DNA of 64,000 nucleotides from Lama glama (taxonomy: Eukaryota), in assembly GCA_028534125.1 (NCBI GenBank), contig CM052818.1:24430001-24494000 (forward strand). Direction: 5' to 3'. Made by a program: the position numbers and the translations under genes. Below the pieces are notes generated by a model, which made no database searches, was not told the DNA's origin, and worked only from the letters and a program-made list of their open reading frames with translations. Positions 26,136-40,016 of the stretch are shown one piece after another; position 1 is the first letter of the stretch, and every line of letters starts with the position of its first letter.

Positions 26136-26590
26136 TGTGTGATAGGCAGAATAATGTCCCCCAACACACACACACACACACACACACAGATGTCCCTGTC
26201 CCAATGCCCAGAACCTCTGAATATGTTACCTGACTTAGCAAAGGAGATTTAGAAGATGCGATTAAGCTAAGGACCTAAAGATGGGAAAATATAATCCTAG
26301 ATTTCCCAGTGGGTCCTGTCTAATTATGTGGGTCCTTAAAAACAGAGAACCTTTGCTGTCTGGAGTCAGAGGCAGATGTGACTGTGGACAAATGGTCAGA
26401 GAGATGGCAACATTGCTGGCTTTGAAGATGGAGGAACGGGCTGTGAGCCAAGGAATGTGGGTGGACTCTAGAAGGTGGAAAAGACAACAGAACAGATTCT
26501 CCCCTAGAGCCTTCAGAAAGGATCACAGCCCTGCTGACACCATGACTTTGGGGAGAGACCAGTCTAGGACTTGCAATCTACAGAAGTCTA
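26136..26590 (+). mobile_element. MaLR LTR (MLT1D-like), 3'-truncated, with (CA)n at 26164-26188
   Basis: TGTGATAGGCAGAATAATG ... TTGCTGGCTTTGAAGATGGAGGAA .. GAGCCAAGGAATGTGGG ... ACAGATTCTCCCCTAGAGCCT ... AGCCCTGCTGACACC. Confidence 0.85.
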
Positions 26591-27499
26591 AGAGCCCAGG
26601 ACCCACGGGCTCTCACGCTCCTTTGTAATTAATAGCTTTCTGCTCTGAGACTGTGCTCATATCTTCTTGCTTTAAAATTCTTTATGCCGTTCTATAGACT
26701 CTTTCCTGTAATAGAAATAGTAAGAGAAGGGTTGAGCCACTGCTCTTTTTTATGTCAGGCTCCTTGACTCTCTTGGGTCTCATAGACCCATTATCCTCAT
26801 GGTTTTTGTAGGAACTGGAGTGTCTGTAAACCTCGTGGACGTCCTGAGTTCGTATGTGGAATTGTTACACTCTCCAAATTATGTTTCTTAATTTCACGCT
26901 GCTCTCTAAACAGCAAGTGAGGTTATTTTTGAGTTAGAAATACATCATTTGGGGAGCTTAAAAGCTTTTAACAAGTTTGTTCCCTACTTTACCTTGGGGG
27001 ATAATTGGCTTTATGCGTTTTCTTGCCATTGGAACTCTTTTCCCTTAGAGTGTGGACTCTCTCTGACCTCTCTTAGCTCTGGGGCTCTCGCTCACTGAGG
27101 GAGGCAGGGGAGTAGGAGCCCTTTCAGGACTTTGGAGTTTGCTGATACAATGGAATAGTTTCCAGAAAGCAGCTTACCAACTGTGACCTATTTTCTGCCC
27201 TTATATGTGTGCATAGGAATCCAGATGGTTTGATTAAATTTAGCCTCTCCTGATTCTAAAGGGAACACTTTTCAGCATGGAATATAGTGAATTATCCTCA
27301 TGATTGCCATTAACCTTAATGGGGGGTACCAAGGCATTCCCCATATTCTGGGCTGCAAATGCATCCCTAATGCTTGCTAAAGGGACAGTTCTTCTGTTTA
27401 TAGACCATCTGGCTCCTAGTATTGTGCAAGTGCATGAAACATTTCTTGCCCCAAGAATGTGCATTTCGAGGCAGCTGGACATAGTACAGCACTCCTCAG

Positions 27500-27620
27500 A
27501 CTTTAGTTTATGTTGAGAACTATTTATTGAGTTGCTAAAAATGGAGATTCCTAGGTCTGTTTTTCAGGAATTCTGCCTTAGTGCATCTGGGACAGGGCCC
27601 CGGAAGCTCCATCTCTAGCA
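27500..27620. mobile_element. MER5-like hAT-Charlie fragment
   Basis: TTGCTAAAAATGGAGATTCCTAGG..GAATTCTG..AGTGCATCTGGGACAGGGCCCCGGAA. Confidence 0.55.
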
Positions 27621-28744
27621 CCCATAGCCCACGCCCTAGGGACAGGAGTTTGGGGAAAGTTGTTTCAATCTCTCCTAACTTTTGATGACTCATTTGATTA
27701 TAAGACTGCAGGTGTCAGCATGATGAGCTCCTTTTCAGCATTAAGTGTGATAAAATATTGGGAAGAAAACCCCCCACAATTCAGTCATTTTGTTTCCCTT
27801 CTCCCTCCCATTCCACCGACCAAGAGAAAGGTGCTCAACTGGAAAGGGAGCTGCTACTCACGAGTCTGCCTCCTGCCTTCCTGCTGACCAGACCCAGGAG
27901 ACAGGCAGGAAGAGATCTGAGAAGGGCCCTGATTGTCACAGAGGAGGGAAATGCTCCAGAATAGTCCACCGTGCGCTGGAAGCCCACCTGAAACTCACAG
28001 GTGCTCCTTCTTCTCCAGTAATGTGAGGAAAGTGATATCTACGTTTAGAGTTGTTACGAGAATTCAAAACATGATTAATAAAATTCCTAGCACCCTCTGC
28101 CCCTTAGTAGGTGCTTAATAAATGACAGTCTTTCTTTTATTTCTGATTCATTAATTCAATAAATAGTTTCTGAATCCCTTCTGCGCACCAGGGACTGCAG
28201 TGGCTGCTGGAACGGACAGGCAGGTCCATGTTTCCTGCTTTCACAGCACTTACAACTGAGAGCATCCAAGCAGGCAATTATAATACTGTGTGTGGAAAAC
28301 TTAATGTCTTTCTCTGGACTGGTGTTCCTTTGAGGCAACCATAGGACACAAGAAAAAGAAAAGCATTGTACACAGGATACTGGTGTAACAGGAAAATGTT
28401 AATGAAAAAAAATGATCATTTGTCCGTGTTACAAGCCCAGTTACTAAGTAAATGTTACTACGTTTCTAGGATAGCAGTCCACATCTTTTTCCTGTCTCCA
28501 TCCCTTACTTCTGTCACTTACAAATGATAAGGGCTATGGCTGAAGTTATCTGGAGACAAAAGACTCATCTAAGTGACTCAAGCAAATATAATCTTTCTCC
28601 ATCAAGGGAAGGCTCCAAGATCCTGTTAATACATCAGCAAAGCCCATGCTCTTGTGTTTTCTTGCTTTATACCCCAGTTAATGAATGAAAGTGTTTCTAT
28701 ATTTGAAGGTGGTAGAAGAATTCTCTCTTTTTTTAATCACTCTA

Positions 28745-28824
28745 TTTGTTGTTTTTTTTTTTAATGGAGGTACTGGGGACAGAGTGCTAAGCATGCACTC
28801 TACCACTGAACTATCACCCTCCCC
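28745..28824 (-). mobile_element. vic-1-type SINE with internal deletion
   Basis: ATGGAGGTACTGGGGA joins via CAGAG directly to TGCTAAGCATGCACTCTACCACTGAACTAT. The B-box segment seen in the 441-576 copy is missing. Confidence 0.8.
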
Positions 28825-30599
28825 TCTTTTCCTTTTATTTTAAACAATTTGACCCCCCTTTTTTTCCCCCATCAAAATTAATGAACTGGGCTTCCCAAAG
28901 TTTGCTCATAAGTGATGAACCTTAGACACAAACCAAACTATAAAACAGAGAGGAAAGCCCTCAGCCTCTGCCCTTTGGTTGGACACCTTGTACTTCTCAA
29001 GGGCTTAACAAATAAGCTACATTGCGAGGCTGTTTTATTCCTAGTCATACCAGCTGAAGCCATTACTGATGAGCTAGCATGTCCTTTAAACCGTCCAAGT
29101 GGATGGGGATACAAGCAGAGTACTAATTTCATTCACAGCCCACTTGAGTGAGGTGGCCATGCTTAATGATGCAGGAAACAGTGACTGATGGTCATCAACC
29201 TGCAGCTTAACCAGCATCGTTAGCCCAATGAGGGGAGCATGTGCAATGATCTGAGGAGAAGGATGTGGTACAAACTGTACACAGATCTGTGAATGGGCTC
29301 CAGTATGGAGCTAGTAATGGACCCAAGCTGACTTCTCCTGTGTTCCTTTGGGGAGTTTTGTCCCAGAAAACGGTAGAAGATAAAATGGCTGGCACCATTC
29401 TCGATAGTCTTTGGACTTTCTAGCATCTAGAAGCAATGGGCAGGCTTCCTTCCCATGGTCTCAGAGTTGTTCCTCATCACCCGCCATACTATTCAAGGTC
29501 TAAACATCACAAGATGCCAAGGAGATACTAAGTAACCCCTCATTATCAGATTATTATGAGCCTTGGGCTAGGAGTTTCAGGCTGATATGGTTGATGAAAA
29601 AAGTGTGAACCTTGTCCTTTGGTCCTCAAGATAGTAATAGACATATTGGGCTCAGGCTGTCAAGCTGAAGATCTGGGACTATAGATCTTCTGCAGTTTTA
29701 AAAGAAAGAAATACCTGTGTATGGTGGCCCAGAAGGGACATCCTTATAGCAGTTGTTTGTTTTTAATGCACACTTGTTTCAAATGAAGTCAAAATAAGCT
29801 ACAAGCACCAAATTCTAGAAACTTTTTGAATTCAGTCTTCTGGAAGAACAAAAACCACAGGAAATCTAAATTCTTTAGCCTCTCATTGTTGAAGTTAATC
29901 TGGTGGTATGATTTGCTATAAGAATGACTCCTCTTAGGAAGTTAATTTGGCCTGTTTATGTTAAATGGGTTAAACCGAATAGTTGGGAAGATTTGGCCTT
30001 AAAAACTTTTCCAAATGGTTATTTCAATGCGGGTTGAGGCTTTGGGTGTTTAGTAGATTTTTTTTTTTCCTCTTTGCCTGGGACTTCCCTCAGTAAATAA
30101 TCTCATGCTAGAGAAATGTCATGCCCTCAAATCTTGATTCCAGTAATGTATGAGGGGAGGCATGCTGTAAATAAAAATTAATCATTTTTCAACATCTCAG
30201 CAGCAGCGTGAGTGCCACACGGGAAATGAATTACTGCCTTTGGTCCTGAAGAACATCACATAAATCATTTAAAAATTGATTTTGTAGCAGCCAAGTTGCA
30301 GGCTTTTGATAAGGGCCTCCCTTCATCCCATGTAATCTTCAGGTCATGAACCGAAGGGAAATAAAGAGTTCTACAAAACTAATGGATCTTTTCAACTAGT
30401 TTTATTATCTGCTCACCTCTCTCCAACTTTTTAGTTACCTTCCATTGACCTTCGCTTAGAGGATTTTCTTTCCATTTCTGAAGGAAAAAAAAATTCATTT
30501 TTTTCCAAGCCAAGGGTAAGAACAACAGGAAAGACAATTTTCTCCTGAAGAAGTTGCATCCACTGGGGGTTTTATTTCTAAAAAGCAGTGAGGATATCT

Positions 30600-31110
30600 G
30601 TAAAGTAGTACAGTCAGCATTGGCCTTAATATCGTAAGACTTGAGTTTGACTCCTAGACCGGAGTAGCTTGTAATCTTGGGCGAGTTAGTATAAACCAGG
30701 TTTTGCTGCAATAACAGACAGCTCCTAAAGTTGCAGGGGCTTAAAACAAGAAAGGTTTCTTTATGGTTCATGCTGCCTGTCCATTGTCACTAGCAGAGGG
30801 CTCTGCTCTACATTGTCCTCACTTCAGCACACAAGATGCTGGACCATCTTCCTTCTGGAACATCACTGTGTCTGGTGGCACGGGGAAGGGAAGATGGTTT
30901 CCACCCAAAAGTGACACATGCTTCTCTCACATTTCATTCTCCAAAGCAAAGCACAGGCCACGTCTCACTTCATGGGGAAGGTGAAATGTAATCCTCCCTT
31001 GTGCCCAGAAGCAGTGGAAGTATTCGTGTTCTACCCCCTTTAAGTCTTCATTTTCTTACCTGTAAATTACATGCACTGCTCTCCTCTAAGTGTTGTGATT
31101 AATAATTATT
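30600..31110 (+). mobile_element. MIR split by an old MaLR LTR (MLT1K/L-like, ~30690-31030)
   Basis: MIR 5' half ends at GTAATCTTGGGCGAGTTA and resumes at CCTTAAGTCTTCATTTTCTTACCTGTAAA. The insert has GCTGCAATAACA..GGCTTAAAACAAGAAAGGTTT..AAGTGACACATG..CACATTTCATT. Confidence 0.65.
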
Positions 31111-31149
31111 AATGAAATGTGGGCTCCATTTCTGTTGAATGATAACCAT

Positions 31150-31380
31150 GAACTCTTATTCAGCTGCTATACATGTCACTTACCATGCTACCAATGCACT
31201 GTAACATTTTATTTTGTATTCACAACAATCCTATAACCCAGGCAGTAATGTCACCACTCCACAGATGAAGCTGGTGCTTAGAAAGGTTAAGGAACTTTCT
31301 TATGAATCAACCAGCAAATAGTGGAGCTATGACTTAAATTGTGCTTGTTCACCCCCCAAACGATGATTCAACTCTGATCT
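31150..31380 (-). mobile_element. MIR remnant
   Basis: ATTCACAACAATCCTAT ... ACAGATGAAGCTGGTGCTTAGAAAGGTTAAG. Confidence 0.65.
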
Positions 31381-34300
31381 ATAGATTGTTTGAACTTTAG
31401 ATTATCTTTGAAATGATATTTATATTATAGAACCACGTTAGAGTTGGCAGGGTCATATCATTAGGTCATTTCAGTGCTTAAATATCTTACCCTTTTGGGA
31501 ATTACAGGGGGATCATTTGCTAAGAACAATGTTACTACACTGACCCCTGGATGTCTCTTTCCCCACATCCTTCTGTGCTTCCTGATTCATCTCTTCCCAG
31601 CTTAGTTGGTGAGAGAGGTGGCAGGAGAACTAAATATGGACAAAATTTTAGTGGGTCTCTCATGGTTTCCCATCATTTATTTAGAGCAGCTTGGCCTAGA
31701 ACTGCTGTTGTGGCCTCCATGCCACCAGCTCCAATCACGTATGCATTCTTACAGTGAAAGCTCTGTAAGCAAACTGTCTACCATATTCACCATGAATCCA
31801 AAACAGTTTCTGGCCCAGTGCAGGGGCTCACAAAATATTTCTGGAATGAACAAATGGATGCTATTCTATTTTGTCTTTAAACTAAGACAGTTTTCCCATT
31901 TTATAGCTTAAAATGGCTTATAAACCAGTTAGACCAAGATGTACTAAGTCATAATAGAATTTTACCCATGGGATGGCCAAGTCAGATATTGCTGGAATTC
32001 CCAATAGATCAGACACCACCTTTACCGGATAATCTTCATGCCACCACTGGCTTTGGTCATTATCAAGTCTCAAGAAAATCCATACCAACTTCTCACTTGG
32101 AGAAGAACCGGAACCATTGGTTTGAAGGAGACAAAGTATTTACTTGGACTTTCGTTCCTTGTGCCAAGAACTGGAGTAGATATTGGCAACATAGTAATGA
32201 ACAGTGCAGCCACCACCTTCCCTGTGTTCAAGGAGCTTGCAGTCTCTAAACAGACACTACACAAAAGAAGACAAAATTTTTAGCTTTGATAAGAGCAATA
32301 AAGGAATGCTCTTCTTTTACCTATCCGAAAACTTGCCTTTATATCTGCTCCATTATCATTTTCTCTTTGTCTTAGGCTGGAAGGTATGAGAGGAAAATGT
32401 TTATACGTATTGAAAATCCCAGTGCAAAGACTGAGCTGCATTTCTATGCAGTGCTCACTCCCACATTTTCCTCTTTAAATAATTCATTCACACTTGCACA
32501 TAAATGAAGGCGTAGTATCTTGACATCCAGAACAGCATGGGATCTTCCTCGAATGGCTGATGTAAAAGCTGCCTCATACTCAGGGTCTACCAGACCTCCC
32601 ACCTCAAACTAGCATTGCCTACACCTCTGAGAGCAGGAAAACAGCTCAACCAAGTAAGACCTTGGCATTGAAGTCACCCCAAATGCCCTCAAACTTTTAC
32701 CACATTTTGTTTGAGCACTTCAACCCCAGTAGAACCCCAGTGAAATACCAATAGAGCAGTTTCTAATACATTCTGTTAGATTGGTGCCCCTGCTTAGTAC
32801 CAAGGAGAAACCTTTTCAGCCAAGGGAGAAAATAACCAATAAATAGAATCTGAAGGGAGCTGAAAAATGATTGCCTCTGCAAGTACAAGATGCTAATGTG
32901 CGCAGAATACTGATAGCCTGGGCTCCCCATTTCCTAAGGATGAGAAGCTCCACAGGGACTTCTGGGTAATTGATCTTGACACACCCAGCGAGCACACCCC
33001 AGACTGGCCTTCCAGTTAGTGTGGTAGAGCAGCCCACCTTTCTGCTGCAGAAGATCCTCGTGGCCGAGATTTCCCAGAGTACAGCCAGTGCCATTTTGAC
33101 CTGATTCTCTTGTAATCTTTATATACTCAACATATTTAGATTGTAAAGAAAAATTTATAGGCATCCTTCCATCTTTCTTCCTTCCTATCTCTATAAAAAT
33201 ATGTGTTCCCAGCTGTGGCTGCATTAAGCTATCCCCCCAAACCCCCAACTTGGGATTTTGTGTATGGAAACAGGTGAAAAGTTCTTGAAAAAACTTTGAT
33301 TTCTGAACTGTTTGCCACACACACTCAGGTCTGATTGTGAGGGAGAGAAAACTGTATGCCTAGCTTTCTTGCCTGAAAGGATCCAGATATGTAAAATGTG
33401 CCATTATGTTTCAGAGATTGTGGCTACATGTGGGAGATATAAATTAAAAAAAAAACTTAGCTCAGAAAGGAAAGATAATATTTCAGTAAACTGTGTCACA
33501 ATTGGGGTTAAAAGGAACCCAAAGCTATTAATTCAACATTTGCTTTATTGGAAGGGTGAAGTCATATTACCTTTCCAATGACTGTGGGTATAACTGATAT
33601 AAATGTAACTGTCCCTAGATTTATTCAATCATCAACTTTGGCAAGAGAAGATTCAAAAAGGGAGTTCATTGATTTTGGTCGTTATGGTCAGTGCTTTTGT
33701 TCTTGATCAGTCTCGGTCAATCAGATTTGGATGGAAGCCCATGGGACAGAAGTGTTAAAAATTGATTTGATGAGGTTGGTCATGAAGATGTTCTTTATCT
33801 TCAAAGCTGACATCATAGATTTACCTTCCACAGGCTATAGACCTTTGAGTTGTTCATTCTGTAGCTGAGATGGGATGAGTTCTGACATTTCGTATCTGGT
33901 CCTCCTTTGTGGTTTTCCCTTGAGAATTATCCTCCAGAGTTAGATGAGCAGGTTGTGGGGGATAATTTACATTTGTATGTAAAGAGGAATGAGAAGGAGA
34001 ATCAAACCTCTGTTCACTTTCTCAGACCAAGGAAATGAGTCACTGTTGTATAAATGTTAGTTGCGTTGCAGTCAATTCAAGTGTTCAGATGGAAGCTGTG
34101 AACACCCTAGTTTAAATTAGTCCATTGAATTCACTGTCAACTTTCTTAGATATGAGAGATGAGATATGTACATTTTGGTAGGAAATATGACTGGAAAAAG
34201 TCCAAAGTGCCATCCAGTTGGGATTACTCTATTTAAGAGGGTCCCTGGGCAGCCAGCAATCAGCATGGGGGTATCACATGCCTTGTGGAAAGGTTAACAG

Positions 34301-37300
34301 AAGAAGACACATGGTCAAGGGGAAATTAGAGCTCATTTACTCTGTGTGCTAACCTGCATGATTTGCCATATTGTCAGTCAAATGACTATTGGCTGTTTCT
34401 ACAAATTGAAATGTACCTAACTAAAATGAAGATACTGATGATACTCAGTGACTGTTCAAACTCTAATAAAAGAGGATCACGAGAAGAAAAGGTACTCTTG
34501 TGAGTATAAAGACTGAGAAAAGGGAAATAAGGAGTGGGAAGGAATTCCTACAACAGGATAGAAAGAACTGGCTATTCAAACAAGGCAGTATCTAAAGGGC
34601 AGGGGCTCTCCCTGTTCAGTGGATCTTAACGTTGAAAAAGGAGTGGGAGGGACTGTTGAAGACACTGGAGACACAAATCTTAGGTCTTCTTTAGCATACA
34701 GGTATTTGTCATGGAAGGACCCCCCTTTCCCCATCCTTGGAAGCATTCTGGCTTAGAACATCAGCCAGGAATATCATAGACAGGATTCCCCTCATTAGTT
34801 GAAAATTTAGAGTAACTGACCTCTAGGGTCTGTTTCAACACTTCACAACCCAGATATCTAATTTAGAGACTGTCTGTAGACCTCTAGAAAATAAAATAAT
34901 AATACTAGCACCTTACGTCTGTGTCATTGGCTCAGTATACCTAAAAGTAGGTCTCCTTGTCGTACTTCTCTCAATTGATGAGAATTTATCCATAGAACTG
35001 TGCCAAACTCTAAAGAAACTGTAATAGAAAAGGATGAAAACTGTCTCCATTTCTTCTTCTTTCTGGTTCAATTATAGCCATCAAGGACATCATCAGGAAA
35101 TCTGATTTTCTACTGAAGATATTAAAGCCCTTAAAATGTGACCAACTTCAGGGTCTTGGGTGAAGAGGGATGAAGAGATGATGGATAGGTGCCTTGGTGC
35201 AGAAGACCGTATTTCAAGTTTTAGGAACAGTGTGATCCTAAGAATCTAAGGAGGAAATAGAGATGTTGGTTCTTTTATCTCATTTTGAAGTCTGAAGGCA
35301 GTTGGCTTCCCACATGTTGAGAGGTCCTTTGCTTCTGCTTAGGCACATCAGCTCTTCCAAACGGTGACTTGAACCCACCCCCAGAGACATGCTCAACTGA
35401 TGTGAACAAATTGCCAAGCATTAATTCTGACATCAGAGATGTCAGTCTACAGGCAGTCAGGGAAGCTGGGGCTTGTAATTTGAACAAAATGTCACTGTTT
35501 TGAGATTTTTTTTTAATGTGCTTTTTATGGGATGATAAATCACAGGCCTGTGCAGGGGATAATAACACAAAATGTTTGACAGCTTTTCTTACAATTGTTT
35601 GGCTTTCTGTTTGCCTAATTATTGTCAGCATCACCCACACTGGTAAATTGTTGTCGAAGAAAGCTCAGCGGTGACTATCAGAGTGTGTGCACCCGCGATC
35701 CTCCTGCCGTCCCATCCTCTGGGCTCTAGTCACTGCGGTGATAGGTGACAGGTGTCACCCATCTTTGCTGTGTGAAAGGCTTAGTGAACCTCAGATTCCT
35801 GGGTCCACGTGGAGATGTGATTTTGCTGTCCAATCAGACAGGGAAACAAAGCAGAAAATGTTGCTGGAGAATTTCCGAAAGGTCATAGAAAGAACAAGGA
35901 TAATTTAGTTCAGTTAGGTTCTTTGACATACAGAGGACAGTGCAGAGAAATCATTTACCTTATGGGTCTGGATGGGCAAATTATCTATTTATGTAATCAT
36001 TCTGCTTTGAAAGGGAAGGGAATTAATTGCTTTAATTAACTCCAGGAAAGACGAGATTGTCACAGAGGGGAGTGTCAGCGTAATATGCTTCCCCGTGATC
36101 TGATATGCTCTTGGAAATAACGGCTCTCTCTGCAATCAGTTTCCTCTCTCTGAGACCTCACTAATGATGTGCCTGCCACAGTTAGGCTGCCTGTGAGGAG
36201 GGTCAAAAAAAAGAAGGTCAGAGAAAGGGTACTCAAGAGCTCGTCTTCACAATTGTCATCGCTTTTTTTTACAGGAGTTTCATTATTTTCCTTAAGGTTC
36301 CTCTGATTTTGGCAGATCTAATTCTCTGTCTAGAGCTGGTAGCGAGTGAGTATCAGAGATAGAGTGAGTCAGATGTCATCATGTGTTTAGGTGCAGCATG
36401 TTGAGAACTTGTCTAAAAGACAGTCCCCTGTGGTATATCTAAAAATGTTTTCTGAAGTATATGGAAGTGTGCTGGTATGTTAAGAAGCCTCCAAAGTACG
36501 CTGGAGGAGTTCATTTAAAATGAGCCAAGATCTACAAGTAATTTTCCCCATGCTTTTGACTAAAACAGATCTAAAAAGATTATAGCGGACTCTAAGATTC
36601 AGGCTGAGAATTTTGAATATATACATACATGTGATATATATATATACACACACACATATATCGTTTGTTAAATATGTAATAAATATATGTAATTTATTTT
36701 CTTGATGGACTCAACTCCATATTTTGGCCGGTGGAGCTGCAGAGATTCTGGGGCTGGATGTGGGATGGACTCACCTGCTGGTCTAAAATGCAGAAGCTTT
36801 CCCACCCCACCTCTCCAACAGTGTTACCCCGCAGCTACAGAGTGTGGTGTGACAAGCCATCCCACGCCAGGTGGCAGGTTGGAGGGCTAGAGCCAGGATG
36901 CCCAACCCCGTGGATATAGAAAGTGCCTCTGACCTCATACACCCAGTGGACTGGGGGTGTGTTCTGGGGAGAGCCCAGCTCAGAAGTGCAGACAGGCCTT
37001 CCTGGTTCTCTGCAGCCTTTTTGTTTGCCCTGACTGCCTGGCCTCAGCACCAGGAAGTGCTGAATAATATTGAAAACGAAACAAACAAACAAAAAACACC
37101 AAGCCCATTGATAAAGCAAGAATGTGCCCCAAAGGGAGCATACAATTTATTAGAAAGGAAACAAGCATACTAAATATATCCAATAGAACACTTTAGACGG
37201 TATAGACAGAATTACCTCCACTCTGGAGCATTTGAAAATGAGGGTTGTCCTTTACATTCATTTTGGCACTTTTATCATATATATATATACATATAAACAG

Positions 37301-37974
37301 GGCTGTATCATAACTAATATACATCTCAGATTCACAAAAGTATATTTTGGCCAGTGAACCTTGGTTTGAAAATGTATTAAGGAAACCCCATTAGAGTCCA
37401 AACAGCGCCCCCACAAAGGTGATTTTCTGTTCTATTATCTCTGTTGTCTTCTTTCATAGAATTCTGAAGTGCCCTTAAAGGCTGTTATGACATTCCGTTA
37501 GGAGGAGGAACCAGTATAGTTGGATGTTCATTTTAGGAATCAAATAAAAATATTGTGTCTCTTATGGTTTTAGAAATTTCTTACAAGGTCACAGGGTGGC
37601 TTTTCGTACAAGTACTGTCATGTGGTTACCCAACCTGTGGCTTCTGGTGGATTTCAGAGTCGGAGCATAGCACGAGGAGCAGCTCCCAGGACCAGTCAGC
37701 CCTGCTTTTCCAGTTTGCAAACTGGAACGACTGTACCACGGCCCTGATTTCAGTTCTGATACACACATGGACACAGAGTGGCGCCACGGAGGGCACCAAA
37801 TGGAATCATTGCCTCCATCTCTTTAGTGGAAGTCTCCCAGGGTCAGAGTAATCACCTTTCCTCAACTAATTAATGGGAAGAGCTTGGCATCTTGCTTACT
37901 TTTCTTGCCTCACAGACATACTCTGGCAGTGCAGGGATAGACTACTCTTTGTTCCACTTAGTTGAAGGCTTTTA

Positions 37975-38140
37975 TCTTTTTAAATCTCTATTAATTATTT
38001 TTATACAGTTTTTAAAGGTTACTTTTCATTCAGAGTTGTTACAAAATATTGGCTATATCCCCGTGTTGTACAATGCATCCTTGATCCTCTCTTACACCCA
38101 GTACTTTGTACCATCCAGCCCCCCACTCCTCTGTTGCCCA
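37975..38140 (-). mobile_element. Artiodactyl-type L1 3' end fragment
   Basis: TTTAAAGGTTACTTTTCATT..GTTACAAAATATTGGCTATATCCCCGTGTTGTACAAT..CTTACACCCA after a T-rich tail. Confidence 0.75.
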
Positions 38141-39314
38141 GTATTCTACTCTTAATGTAGTCTGTCAACCAAAGCAAAGGAGACATCCTCAACCTACTTT
38201 CATTCTTCTCTTATTTCTACACATATTTTCCAACAGAATCATGGAATTTTGAAGCTGAAAGCTCTCACTTTAGAAATGAGAAAGCCAAACTCCAGAGAGG
38301 CAAAGCACCGGACCCAATATTTCATAATTGCAAAAGGAGGGCCTCAAGGACCAAGGTTCTCTGAGGCTCAGTCCAGAACACAGTCCCCTACTCCACATTA
38401 GCCTCCTTTTGTAGTGGGGATCCTCTCTGTACGAAATGGCTTGGAAAAATCTTTTACATTTTCCCTTCGAATGTGCATGGCAAGAGACTGTCCAATCGCT
38501 GGGAGGCACCATGAGCTTCTACGACCTCCCAGAAGCTGCGGATCTGGAACCCGGCTGTGGGCTGCATCTCCAGCTGATTTTCTGCCCACTCACAGCCTGC
38601 AAGGGTGCAGATGGTGAGGATATCATCATTTCCACCATGGAGGTGGGGGAGAGAAGAGACACTGTTCCATTTCAGTTTATTTCGAATTCGTTATTTGCCA
38701 TGTTCAAATTCTCTCACCTTTGCAAATGGTAAACCACCACTAGGAGGAAAGAATTCTTATTTCAAGTACCGCCATAAAGAGACGGCATTAAAAAAAAAAA
38801 AAAAAGACCTATCATTTACCGAGGGAGAGGGAAGGAAGGAAAGAGGAGGAAAAAAGCAGAAAAGGAGGGAAATCTGGGAAGAAATAGAAGTTGGAAAAAA
38901 GAGACAAAATGGAAGGAACAGAAGAATCAATGACAGGGCTCAATCACCTCCTGTTCTTATAATTAAATGGTGCCTCGCACATCAGTCCAAATGTTCAGTC
39001 TCTGATATAATTGTCTGATCATTAACATATGCAAAATTATAATTGCACAGTATGAGCTCTCAAGTGGAGATGTCAATATTAACACAATGAGCCTGTCAAT
39101 CTTGTGAAAATGAACAGAAACAAATATGCTGGCGGAAGTTCATAGTCTCCCAAGAATTTGGTGGATCTGATCAGTGTACCCCCTCTTCCCACCAACTGCA
39201 TCGCCTTAGGGTGGCCTTACCTTGAAGCATGTGTCTTGTAGGTTAAAACTCACAGTGTTCTGGAGGGGAATTTGAAATTGAAAAAAAAGAGCAAATAAAT
39301 TTTAACCCATTTCT

Positions 39315-39375
39315 TACGCTGTACACCAGAAAGTGACACATTGTAACTGACTATATACTTCAATAAAATTTTTTA
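39315..39375 (+). mobile_element. Ultra-short L1 3' end with TSD
   Basis: GCTGTACACCAGAAAGTGACACATTGTAACTGACTATATACTTCAATAAAA, flanked by AACCCATTTCT (39304-39314) and AACTCATTTCT (39376-39386). Confidence 0.8.
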
Positions 39376-40016
39376 AACTCATTTCTATAAAGAAAATGAT
39401 AGTTTTGAGATTTCAAGACAGTAACTCTTTGCTGCATTTAGCTTCTTGTTTTCTGATGACCTTTCTGAAGAGGCTGTTTGTTACAGCATTACAACAGCCT
39501 GCAAAGACGAAAAGCACGTTAAGCAAGTCAGGTTAGGATACGTTTGCTAGAGAAATAAAATGCTATTAATTTAACATGCCAACTCTGAGCATGGACTGTG
39601 GACTGCCTTCTTACAGAGCGATGTTCTTTTTGACCTTTGCAATGTAAAGAAATGACTTAAGACTTCAATCTTGTTTCTAGTTTTAATCTATTGATGAGTT
39701 AGCAATTGGAAAGAATTTTTTCTTTTCATGTGTAACTTTTGTCTTCTAATGTGTAATTACCAATGCTAACATTTGCCCTCTGATTAAGTGGCAGCTTCCC
39801 AATTAAATAAGAGCTGGCTTGCAAGCTTTATCTTCCTTCAAAAGAAGCAACTTCTATGATGACAGGTTTGAAGAGGCACGTTAAAAAAGATATGGTCTTT
39901 TTAAAAAAATCTTGCCAACAAACTTATAACTGCAGAAAGAACCATTTCATATCTTGGTTTTTGCCAAGCTGAGCTGACCCATGCTCATTTAGAACTCTAC
40001 AAAAGAATAAACTGCC

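Noticed and set aside
34050..34850. Possible CR1/L3 relic
   Set aside because: Resemblance is too faint to support without an HMM search.
38605..39018. 137-aa K/R/E-rich ORF
   Set aside because: Product of a poly(A) and GA-rich low-complexity tract.
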